Source of the DNA: an uncultured Gemmatimonadaceae bacterium
GTDB taxonomy: Bacteria; Gemmatimonadota; Gemmatimonadetes; Gemmatimonadales; GWC2-71-9
NCBI GenBank assembly: GCA_964557115.1
Contig: CAZKYO010000006.1
Location: 3,810 to 67,809, forward strand
DNA length: 64,000 nucleotides
Direction: 5' to 3'
Within the stretch, counting starts at the first letter, position 1. Each line of letters starts with the position of its first letter. The position numbers and the translations under genes were made by a program. Positions 9,648 through 19,000 of the stretch are shown in pieces. The notes under the pieces were generated by a model that was not told the DNA's origin, made no database searches, and saw only the letters and a program-made list of their open reading frames with translations.

Positions 9648-10487
9648 ATGCGCGCCACCTTCCTGCTGGTCGCCGGTGCGATCCTCGCGGGTCCAGCGAC
9701 CGCCGGTGCCCAGGCCGGTGACAACACGCCGTTCTTCCTGCGCCCGCCGCCGCCGACGTCCGAGGCGCTTCGGGCGTACAGTCACGCGCCGTACCGCCCG
9801 GTCCGCCCCGACGAGGTGCGTTCCGCCGGCTTCCTCACCGAGGGGCGGATGCTTGCGTACGGCACGGCGCTGGGTGGGGTCGAGCCCCCACACGTCCGGG
9901 CCACCCTGCAGATCGCCCCCAACGAGGTCGGCGCCGTCTTCGCGGTGCAACCGCCCGCGGGAGGGACCTATGCGGTCGGGGACACCCTCGTGGTGGCGAC
10001 CCGGACCCGCGGCCCGAGCCAGTGGGGCGAGGTGATCCAGCCGACGGGTCTCCTGGTGGTGACCGAGATCGGCTCGCGCCAGACGCTCACCCGGGTGCTC
10101 AAGATCTATGGCCCGATCCGTGACGGGCAGGTGGTCCTGCCGGTGGCGCCGGTGCCGCATCCAGGCGCGGCCCAGCCGGTGGCGACGCCGCAGGGGCCGA
10201 GCGGCATGGTGATCGCCCAGCCGGGCATCATCGGCCTGGTGACCCCTGGCGAGCAGATGTTCACCAACCTCGGGAGCGACGCCGGGATGCATGTCGGCGA
10301 CTTCGTGCAGGTCCGTCGCCCCGTGAAGGCCCGGTCCAACGCCCCCGACACGGTCGGCGAAGTGATGGCGACGGCCCAGGTCGTCGCGGTCAACGCCGGC
10401 AGCAGCACGATCAAGCTCATCAACGTGACCGCGCCGGACATCCCGTCCGGGACGCCGGTCGTCCGGGTCGCCACGCTTCCCAACTGA
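9648..10487 (+). CDS. Hypothetical secreted protein with an apparent internal duplication
   Basis: GGAGG 7 nt upstream of ATG 9648. Signal peptide MRATFLLVAGAILAGPATAGAQA. Two VGD..V.V.R...GEV...V.V...S...L....I..G..VV modules. Confidence 0.6.
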   Translation: MRATFLLVAGAILAGPATAGAQAGDNTPFFLRPPPPTSEALRAYSHAPYRPVRPDEVRSAGFLTEGRMLAYGTALGGVEPPHVRATLQIAPNEVGAVFAVQPPAGGTYAVGDTLVVATRTRGPSQWGEVIQPTGLLVVTEIGSRQTLTRVLKIYGPIRDGQVVLPVAPVPHPGAAQPVATPQGPSGMVIAQPGIIGLVTPGEQMFTNLGSDAGMHVGDFVQVRRPVKARSNAPDTVGEVMATAQVVAVNAGSSTIKLINVTAPDIPSGTPVVRVATLPN

Positions 10488-10582
10488 AGCGTGGCACCGA
10501 CCGGGCTATCTTCCCTCCCCGACGACAACGCATTCACCCCCCAGTGGCGGGCGCCTCGCGGCGCCCGCCCCGCGAGGCGTAC

Positions 10583-11536
10583 ATGAGCGGATCGATCTGC
10601 ATCACCGGTGGGGCCGGCTTCATCGGTTCCCACATCGCCGAGGCCTACCTGGCCGCCGGATGGTCGGTGACCTGCCTGGACGACCTGTCGCGTGGCAAGC
10701 GCGCGCAGGTTCCCGCGGGCGCGGCCTTCGTCGCGGCGGACATCCGCTCGCCCGAGGCCCGTGACGTCATCGCCGACGGCGGCTTCGACGTGCTGTGCCA
10801 CCAGGCGGCGCAGATCGACGTGCGCGTCTCGGTCGAGGACCCGGCGACGGATGCCTCGATCAACCTGGTCGGCTTCGCGAACCTGCTGCGCGCCGCGCAG
10901 GATGGGGGGGTGCGCCGGGTCGTCTTCGCCTCGAGCGGCGGCGTCGTCTACGGCGACCCGACGGTGGTGCCGACGCCGGAGACTGCGCCCAACCTGCCGA
11001 TCTCGCCCTACGGCGTGAGCAAGCTGTCGAGCGAGCACTTCCTGCGGGTCCTGGGGACGCTGGGGAACTTCGAGGGCGTGGCGCTGCGGTACTCCAACGT
11101 CTACGGCCCGCGCCAGGACCCGAAGTCGGAAGCCGGCGTGGTGTCGATCTTCGTCTCGCGAGTCCTCGCGGGACAGGGGCTGACGATCTTCGGCGACGGC
11201 GAGCAGACGCGCGACTACGTGTACGTCGGCGACGTCGCCCGGGCCAACCTGCTGGCCGGCTCGCTGGCGAGCGTGTCACGCGGCGACCGGCTGGACGTCC
11301 CCGCCTACAACGTGGCCACCGGGACCGAGACCACGGTGAACGAGCTGGCGCGCCGGGTGATGGCCGCGCTGGGTCGCGAGGTCCTGGTGGAGCATGCCCC
11401 GGCGCGCGCCGGTGAACTGGCGCGCTCCTGCCTCGACGTGAGCAAGGCCGCGGCCGGACTCGGCTGGCGGCCCGAAGTGCCCTTTCATCAGGGCCTCTCG
11501 GCCCTGGCCGACTGGTTCCGGGAGACGAGCGCGTGA
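10583..11536 (+). CDS. NAD-dependent sugar epimerase/dehydratase (extended SDR)
   Basis: ITGGAGFIGSHI Rossmann motif and YGVSK catalytic YxxxK. Start set to ATG 10583. Confidence 0.8.
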   Translation: MSGSICITGGAGFIGSHIAEAYLAAGWSVTCLDDLSRGKRAQVPAGAAFVAADIRSPEARDVIADGGFDVLCHQAAQIDVRVSVEDPATDASINLVGFANLLRAAQDGGVRRVVFASSGGVVYGDPTVVPTPETAPNLPISPYGVSKLSSEHFLRVLGTLGNFEGVALRYSNVYGPRQDPKSEAGVVSIFVSRVLAGQGLTIFGDGEQTRDYVYVGDVARANLLAGSLASVSRGDRLDVPAYNVATGTETTVNELARRVMAALGREVLVEHAPARAGELARSCLDVSKAAAGLGWRPEVPFHQGLSALADWFRETSA

Positions 11537-12240
11537 TCCAGGCGGATTCCTCGGCGGTGTCGCTCGACCTGCTCGGGCTGGTCCTGAGCGCCTCCATCGA
11601 GACGAAGGTGGTGCTCGTCCTCTGCGCCGTCTTCTCGCTGGTGTCGTGGTACCTCATCTTCGCCAAGTCGGTGGAGTTCCGGCGCCTCCACGCCGCCGAG
11701 CGCGCCTTCGCCCGCGCGACGGAGGGTCGCCGGTCGCTGGAGGAGCGCGAGCAGGCGCTGGCCGCGGTCGGGCGCTCGCCGTTCGCCGACCTGGTCCGGA
11801 CCGTGGGCTCGTTCCTCGCCGACCTGCGCCACGCCAACGAGCGCGACGGGATCAGCCGCAGCGGCCTCTCGCTCACCCAGCTCGAGGCGCTGACGCTGGC
11901 GCTCGACACCCAGGTCCGCGCCGAGGCGGAGGTGGCCGGCCGCCGGGTGCCGTGGCTCGCCACGATCGCGGCGACCTCGCCGCTGCTCGGCCTCTTCGGC
12001 ACCGTGCTCGGCATCATGCAGGCGTTCCAGCGGATCGCCGTGAGCCAGAGCAGCAACATCGCCGCGGTGGCACCCGGCATCGCCGACGCGCTGGTGGCGA
12101 CCGCCGCGGGCCTCGGCGCCGCGATCCCCGCGGTGATCGCGTACAACGTCTTCACCTCGCGGGTGGAGCGCTACGAGGGCGAGCTGGAGCGCGCGGCGCA
12201 GGCCCAGATCGCGGCGCTCGGGCGCGAGGGGAGGCTGTAG
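11533..12240 (+). CDS. tolQ: MotA/TolQ/ExbB proton-channel protein
   Basis: Three TM segments. LGLFGTVLGIMQAF and PGIADALVATAAGL signatures. First gene of a tolQRA-tolB-pal-cpoB order. Confidence 0.85.
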   Translation: MIQADSSAVSLDLLGLVLSASIETKVVLVLCAVFSLVSWYLIFAKSVEFRRLHAAERAFARATEGRRSLEEREQALAAVGRSPFADLVRTVGSFLADLRHANERDGISRSGLSLTQLEALTLALDTQVRAEAEVAGRRVPWLATIAATSPLLGLFGTVLGIMQAFQRIAVSQSSNIAAVAPGIADALVATAAGLGAAIPAVIAYNVFTSRVERYEGELERAAQAQIAALGREGRL

Positions 12241-12241
12241 C

Positions 12242-12664
12242 GTGCCGCTGCGCGGGATCGGCACCGGGCGCCACAAGCGGCACCTCAACGCCGAGGTGAA
12301 CATCATCAACCTCGTCGACGTGGTGCTGGTGCTGCTGCTGATCTTCATGCTGACCGCACCGATGCTGCAGGGCGGCATCGAGGTGAAGCTGCCGCGCGCG
12401 GCCGCGGCGCCGCTGGAGGCCCGCGACGGACTCACCGTCACCGTGACGCGCGACGGCCAGGTGGCGGTCGGCGGGGCCCGGATGAGTCTGGCGGAATTCC
12501 GCAGCCAGTTCCCGGTGATCGTCAAGATGAAGCCGCCCGAGGGCGTGTACCTGCGGGGAGACGACGCGGCGACCCACGGCACGGTGATCCGGGTGCTCGC
12601 GGCGATCCGCGCGGCGGGGATCACCAACGTCGGCGTGGTGGTGGAGCCCGAGGGGCGGCCGTGA
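12242..12664 (+). CDS. tolR: ExbD/TolR biopolymer transport protein
   Basis: INLVDVVLVLLLIFMLTAP TM segment with the conserved Asp. 140 aa. Confidence 0.85.
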   Translation: MPLRGIGTGRHKRHLNAEVNIINLVDVVLVLLLIFMLTAPMLQGGIEVKLPRAAAAPLEARDGLTVTVTRDGQVAVGGARMSLAEFRSQFPVIVKMKPPEGVYLRGDDAATHGTVIRVLAAIRAAGITNVGVVVEPEGRP

Positions 12665-13350
12665 GCGTGGCGGCGGTGCCGGGGGCCAATCGGGCCGGGA
12701 TGGTGGGGAGCGCCGCGGTGCACCTGGCACTGCTCGCCGGCCTGCTGCTGGTGGCCCGGGGTGCCAGCGCCCCGCCGCCGCTCGTCTACGAGGTGAACCT
12801 CGTCGCCGCACCGGCGCCGGGGCCGACGCCGCGCCGCGCCGCGGAGGCCGCCTTGCCGGCCCGCCGCGACGAGGAGGTGGCGCCCCCGGAGAAGCCGCGC
12901 CCGAAGCCCAAGCCGGCCGAGCAGCCGCCCAAGCCGAAGTCAGACGCCCCGGAGCGACCCGATCCGCAGCTGCAGACCCGCAGCGACGTGACGCCGCTGC
13001 CGGGCGAGACGCCGAGCACCGGGACGGACCAGCTCACCTTCCGGCAGGAGGGGCTGCGGTTCCCGTATCCGGACTATCTGAAGAACATCGTCACCCAGGT
13101 CCGCAAGCGCTGGGTCAATCCGGCAGGGAAGGGGCTGCGGCTCCGGACCGAGGTGGCGTTCACCATCCAGCGCGACGGAACCGTGACCGACATCTCCGTG
13201 AGCCGGCGATCAGGCAACTTCACCTTCGACACCGAGGCGATCGGGGCGGTCGAGCGGGCCGGCAAGGACGGCGCCTTCGGCCCGCTTCCAGACGGGTTCA
13301 ACGGCCCGTCGCTGCCGATCGCCTTCGCCTTCACGCCGGAGGACCGGTGA
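12661..13350 (+). CDS. TonB-family C-terminal domain protein in the TolA position
   Basis: N-terminal TM, Pro/Lys/Glu-rich spacer (PEKPRPKPKPAEQPPKPK), TonB_C-like end. GTGA overlap with tolR. Confidence 0.7.
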   Translation: MSVAAVPGANRAGMVGSAAVHLALLAGLLLVARGASAPPPLVYEVNLVAAPAPGPTPRRAAEAALPARRDEEVAPPEKPRPKPKPAEQPPKPKSDAPERPDPQLQTRSDVTPLPGETPSTGTDQLTFRQEGLRFPYPDYLKNIVTQVRKRWVNPAGKGLRLRTEVAFTIQRDGTVTDISVSRRSGNFTFDTEAIGAVERAGKDGAFGPLPDGFNGPSLPIAFAFTPEDR

Positions 13351-14645
13351 GCACCTTCCGAGGCGCCCTCGTCGCCGCCGGGCTGGCCGCCCTCGCGGCC
13401 ATGCCGCTCCACGCCCAGGACCGGATCCAGCTCGGCATCAAGTACAGCCCCGGCGTGCAGCCGGGAGTGATCGTCGTGGCGGGGCCGGGGCTCGACTCGG
13501 TCCGCAAGATCGTCGAGCGCGACCTGCAGTACTCCGATCGCTTCCAGGTGGCGTTCTGGCCCGACAGCGCCGGTCCCTTCACCGGGACGCTCAACACCCA
13601 GCTGTACCGCGAGACCCTCGGCCTCACCTGGGCGGTCGAGCTGCAGCCGTCGGTCGGCGGCGTGCACGTCCGGCTCCACAACCTGGCCTCCGGGCAGGTG
13701 GCACTCGACGCGGTGCGCGGGGTGATCACCGCCGGGACGGGCCGCGACCGGCTCGACATCCACCGGCTGAGCGACGAGGTCACCAAGCTGGCGACCGGGT
13801 CGGTGGGGATCGCGGCCAGCCGGATCCTCTTCCACAACGCCGACAACGCGATCTGGTCGATCGACAGCGACGGGGCGAACCTCGAGAAGGTCTCGCGGGG
13901 GACGGGGATCGCGTACTCGCCGAACTGGTCGCGGGACGGAGGCCAGTTCGCCTACAGCGAGATGCGCGACTACGGCGCCGCCATCATCCTGCAGAACCTC
14001 GCCTCGTTCTCCCGCAAGGTGGTTCCATCCACCACCGGGTCTGGTCAGGCGATCACCCCGGCGCTCTCGCCGGACGGCAAGGAACTGCTCTTCGGGTGGT
14101 CCACCGACCACGGCACCGACCTCTACCGGGTGGACGTCGCCCGGATGTGCTGCGTGATGGCGCTGACGGCGAGCGGGCGGCTGGCGGATAACCTGTCGCC
14201 TACCTATTCTCCGGACGGTCGCCGGGTCGCGTTCGTGAGCACCCGGGCGGGGAATGCCCAGATCTACGTGATGGACGCGGACGGGGCGAATCAGCGGGCG
14301 CTCGACCTGGCCGCGGGGCCGGGGACGGGCAACTCCTACGCCCCCGACTGGTCACCGGACGGCGAGCGGGTCGCCTTCCATCGCGACATCGCCGGCGGGC
14401 GGCAGGTGCTGTTCTATGACTTCGGCACCGGACGCGCCACCGCGATCACCTCGGCCGGACGCAACGAGGACCCGAGCTGGGCCCCGGATTCGCGCCACCT
14501 GGTCTACAAGTCGGATCGGTCCCGGGGGCAGCAGCTCTGGGTGATCGACACCGAGACCGGCAATTTCCGGCAACTGACGACGCTGAACGGCGCCAACACC
14601 CTGATGCCCGACTGGTCGCCATCACTTACCGGTACCACACCCTGA
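13347..14645 (+). CDS. tolB: Tol-Pal system beta-propeller protein TolB
   Basis: Signal peptide. Repeated SPDG/SRDG...(F/Y).S.R.G...(I/L)Y propeller blades. GTGA overlap with the upstream gene. Confidence 0.85.
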   Translation: MSTFRGALVAAGLAALAAMPLHAQDRIQLGIKYSPGVQPGVIVVAGPGLDSVRKIVERDLQYSDRFQVAFWPDSAGPFTGTLNTQLYRETLGLTWAVELQPSVGGVHVRLHNLASGQVALDAVRGVITAGTGRDRLDIHRLSDEVTKLATGSVGIAASRILFHNADNAIWSIDSDGANLEKVSRGTGIAYSPNWSRDGGQFAYSEMRDYGAAIILQNLASFSRKVVPSTTGSGQAITPALSPDGKELLFGWSTDHGTDLYRVDVARMCCVMALTASGRLADNLSPTYSPDGRRVAFVSTRAGNAQIYVMDADGANQRALDLAAGPGTGNSYAPDWSPDGERVAFHRDIAGGRQVLFYDFGTGRATAITSAGRNEDPSWAPDSRHLVYKSDRSRGQQLWVIDTETGNFRQLTTLNGANTLMPDWSPSLTGTTP

Positions 14646-14658
14646 CCTGGAGCAGCTG

Positions 14659-15249
14659 ATGTCCCGCACCCTCGCCACCTTCCTCGCGCTCGCCATGACC
14701 GTGACGGCCTGCAGCAAGAAGAAGGAACCGGCCGTGCAGCCGACGCCGGCCACCCCGACGAACACCCAGTCAGGGGTGAACCAGGACTCGATCGACGCCG
14801 CGCGCCGTGCCCAGCGCCAGCAGGAGATCGCCGACTCGATCCGCCGCGCCAACGAGGCGGCCGAGGCGGCCCGCGCCGCGCTGGTCAACGAAGTGGCGAC
14901 GATCATCCACTTCGACTACGACAAGTTCGACGTGCGCGCCGAGGATCGCGGCCTGCTCGACCGCAAGGCGGCGATCATGCAGGCGAACCCGGCGCTCCGG
15001 ATCCGGATCGTGGGCCACGCCGACGAGCGCGGCTCCGACGAGTACAACCTCGCCCTCGGCATGCGCCGCGCCGGCGCCGCCAAGGACTACCTGGTCCGGA
15101 TGGGGGTCGAGGCCGGCCGCATCGAGACCGCCTCGCTGGGCGAGGAGGTGCCGCTCGACCCGTCGTCGAACGAGGCGGCGTGGGCGATGAACCGCCGCGA
15201 CGAGTTCGAGGTGATCGCCGGGGCCCAGACGCTGGTGGCGCCGCGATGA
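14659..15249 (+). CDS. pal: Peptidoglycan-associated lipoprotein (OmpA-like)
   Basis: Lipobox LAMTVTAC. OmpA_C motifs (GHADERGSDEYNLALGMRRA, NRRDEF). Confidence 0.85.
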   Translation: MSRTLATFLALAMTVTACSKKKEPAVQPTPATPTNTQSGVNQDSIDAARRAQRQQEIADSIRRANEAAEAARAALVNEVATIIHFDYDKFDVRAEDRGLLDRKAAIMQANPALRIRIVGHADERGSDEYNLALGMRRAGAAKDYLVRMGVEAGRIETASLGEEVPLDPSSNEAAWAMNRRDEFEVIAGAQTLVAPR

Positions 15250-16025
15250 CCCACCGCGCCGCTCCCCTGCTGCTCCTCGCCACCGGCCTGGCGGCCGCCT
15301 GCGCCACGCCGGGGCAGGTGCGCAAGCTCGAGACCCAGATGGCGGTGCAGCAGCGGGAGCAGGAGCGGCGCGACTCGACCAACGCGGCGCTGCTGCGGCA
15401 GATCATCGCCAACCAGCGCGCGACCCTGGACTCGCTCGAGAACACCCGTCGCCAGGTCTCGGTCGCCAAGGGCGAGACCTCGGCGGAGACGCTCCAGCTG
15501 CAGCGCCAGATCCTGAACCTCCAGGAGCAGATCCAGCAGAGCAACCAGCGGATGAGCGACTACCTGGCGCAGATCGACGCGCGCCAGGCGATGCAGGTGC
15601 GGCCGCCGGCGGACAGCGACACGCTGGCCGCGACCGACGGGGGCGCCACGCCGACCGCGGTGCAGATGCTCGAGGCCGGCAACAGCCAGCTGCGCCGCGG
15701 GGCGACGACCACCGCCCGGGCCGCCTTCCAGCAGCTGCTCGAGACGCACCCGATGTCGCCGCTGGTCCCCGACGCGCTGTTCGGCATCGCCGAGACCTAC
15801 GCGACGACCCAGCCCGACTCGGCCGAGGCGTACTACCGCGAGGTGGCCCGCAACTACGCCACCTCCTCGCGCGCGGCGTCGGCGATGTTCAAGCTCGGCA
15901 CCCGGGCCCAGGAACGCGGCGACCTGCGGGCCGCCCGGTCGTGGTACAGCCAGGTCGCCACCGACCAGTACCGCGGCACGGCCGAGTACGACCTGGCGCG
16001 CGACCGCCTGCGCCAGCTGCCGTAA
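15246..16025 (+). CDS. cpoB: Tol-Pal cell-division coordinator CpoB/YbgF-like (coiled coil + TPR)
   Basis: Lipoprotein/signal-like N-terminus, coiled-coil region, C-terminal TPR-like repeats. ATGA overlap with pal. Position after pal. Confidence 0.6.
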   Translation: MTHRAAPLLLLATGLAAACATPGQVRKLETQMAVQQREQERRDSTNAALLRQIIANQRATLDSLENTRRQVSVAKGETSAETLQLQRQILNLQEQIQQSNQRMSDYLAQIDARQAMQVRPPADSDTLAATDGGATPTAVQMLEAGNSQLRRGATTTARAAFQQLLETHPMSPLVPDALFGIAETYATTQPDSAEAYYREVARNYATSSRAASAMFKLGTRAQERGDLRAARSWYSQVATDQYRGTAEYDLARDRLRQLP

Positions 16026-16044
16026 CCGACCCGACGGCACCGCC

Positions 16045-19000
16045 ATGACCAGGGCGAAGGGCGAGATGCCGTTCCTCGACCATCTCGAGGAACTGCGCAC
16101 CCGCATCCTGCTCTCGCTCGCCGCGCTGGTGGTCGGCGTCGGCGTCGGCCTCTGGCTGGTGCTCGGCTTCGGGGTCCTGGATCTCCTCAAGGCGCCGATC
16201 GCCCCGTACGTCCCCAACGGCAACCTCACGATCACGGCGGTCACCGAACCGTTCATGATCACCCTGAAGCTCGGCGCCGTCCTCGGGATGGTGCTGGCCT
16301 CGCCGGTGGTGCTCTACCAGATCTGGGCCTTCCTCTCGCCGGCGCTCTACGAGCGTGAGCGGAAGGCGATCATCCCCTCGCTCACCATGGGGCTGGGCCT
16401 CTTCCTGCTCGGTGGCTGGGTCGGCTGGCGCTACGTGCTGCCGCGGGCGATCCCGATCATGCTCGGCTTCCAGGCCGGGTCGTTCAACCAGTTCATCACC
16501 TACGATTCGTACTTCTCGTTCGTCCTGCAGATCGTGCTGGCCTTCGGCATCTCGGCCGAGGTGCCGCTGGTGATGATCCTGCTGTCGGCGGTGGGCGTGG
16601 TCGACGCGCGCCAGTGGAACCGGCTGCGGCGATTCGCGATCGTCGGCAGCTGCATCGCCGGCGCGCTGCTCTCGCCGGGCGGCGACGTCTTCCTGATGCT
16701 GCTGGTCACCGTGCCGCTGCTGCTACTCTACGAGCTGGGAGTGGCCGGGGCGCTGCTGGCGCAGCGCGCACGCCGCGGCAAGCTGCAGCGGGGTGGCGAC
16801 GGCGGCGGCGACGACGACCGTCCCGACGACGATGGTCCCGGTGACGATCCGGGCCCTGGCCCGGGCGGGCATCGTCCCGCCCCAGGCGGGTTGATCGCCG
16901 GGGTGCTGCTCGCGCTCGCCCTCGGCGGCGGGACCGCCCCGGTCCAGGCCCAGGACCGCCCCCCGCCCCAGGCCGGGCGGCTCGGGGCACTCGGGGGGCG
17001 CGACACGCTCCTCGGGCGCGCCCAGCCGGCCCGCGAGATGGACAGCGCGACCGCCAAGCGGCTCGGACTTCCCACGAAGCCGAGCCGCGACTTTCCTGCG
17101 CCCGACTCGGTGATGAGCGCGCTGCTCGCCCGGCGGGGGTTCGCGGTGACCCGCTACCTCGGCGACTCGGCCTTCCTCCGCGCCGACTCGCAGCGGATCA
17201 TCCTCACCGGCCGGGCCGCGACCTCGCGCGACAGCGCGGTGATGGAGGCCGACCGGATCCTCTACGCCGACCGCCAGTGCGAACTCGTGGCGAGCGGGGA
17301 GCCGCGGCTCTTCGACGACCGCAAGATCGCCGTCGGCCGGGTGCTGCGCTTCGACACCTGCGGCGACCGTGGCGTCTTCACGGACGCCTTCACGACCTTC
17401 GACGAGCTGGGCGACAACTGGTTCGTGCGCGGCAACCTCGCGGTGGACTCCTCCGCCTCGCGCCTCTACGCCTCGAAGGGCGAGTTCACCTCCTGCGACC
17501 TGCCGCTGCCGCACTACGAGTTCCGGGCCGGCGAGGTGAAGTGGGTCTCGCAGTCGTACCTGGTGGCCCGCCCCGCGGTGCTCTACATCCGCGACGTGCC
17601 GATCGCCTGGCTGCCGTTCCTGTTCCAGGACACCAAGCCCGGCCGGCGCTCGGGGATCCTCGTCCCGCAGTTCGGCTTCAACGACATCGTGCGGCCGACC
17701 CGCGGCTACAACCGGCAGGTGAGCAACATCGGCTATTACTGGGCGCCCAACGACTACATCGGGGTGACCGCGCGGTTCGACTGGTTCTCGTCCCGCTACG
17801 TGCAGTTCGGCGGCGAGCTGGAGTACGACTGGCGGAACCGCTTCCTGCGCGGCGCGCTCGCCGTCAACCGGCAGGTCGAGACGCAGGGCGCCAGCAGCAC
17901 CCAGATCCAGTGGACCCACAGCCAGGAGTTCAACAACACCACCCGGCTGCAGCTGAGCGCGAACTACGTCACCGACTCGCGGGTGCTGGCCGGCAACGCG
18001 GTGGACCCGATCCTCTCGACCCAGCAGATCTCCAGCTCGGCCTCGTTCAGCAAGCGCTTCCGCTGGGGGAACGTGACGCTCGGCGGCACCCGCCGGCAGA
18101 ACGTCACCGACGGCTCGGGCACGATGACGCTGCCCTCGCTCACGATCACCCCGTCGCCGATCCAGCTGCTCTCGTTCGCCTCGTGGTCGCCGACGCTCTC
18201 GGCCACCAACGACCTGCAGTTCAAGACGCCGCTCACCGCGCAGCTGGTGGTGGGCGGCTCCGGGGTGGACTCGCTGCTCCGCACCGGCAGTTCGCGGAAC
18301 TCGTCGTTCCGCTTCGACACCCCGCTCACCATCGGCGGGCTCACCTGGCGCAACCAGGTGACGTACCAGGACCAGCGGGTGACCGGGCGGACGGTCGTGT
18401 CCGAGCGGCAGCCCAACCTCAATACCGCCGATCCGAACGATTCGGTGACGGTCAGCACCATCCAGGGAGGCACCTTCCAGTCGGGCCTCAATTTCGACAC
18501 CGGGATCAACCTGCCGATCGTCTTCCGGAGCACGTTCAAGCTGCAGCCGACGATCTCGATCGTGAACTCGGCGAGCGGGCCGTACATGCTGCGGAACCAG
18601 CGGACCAACGGCCGCTGGGTGACCCAGAGCAAGCGGGTCGAGTTCGGCCTCTCGATCCGGCCGGACCTCTACGGGATCCTGCGGATGGGCCTCGGGCCCT
18701 ACGACCGGTTCCGGCACCAGCTCTCGCCCAACCTGACGCTGCAGGTCTCGCCGAAGGCGAACGTGCCCGCGGAGTACGCCGCCGCGCTGGGGCCGCGCTC
18801 CACCGGGCCGACCTCGCCGTCGCGCACGGAGGTCCGGATCGGCCTGACCCAGAACTTCCAGGCCAAGCCGCGGCTCGCCGCCAACGACACCACCACCGAT
18901 CCGCTGAGCGTGCGGCCGGTGACGCTGCTCGCGATCACGACCTCGCCGTTCGGCTACGACTTCTCGCAGGCCAAGCTCGAGGGCCGCACCGGCTACACCA

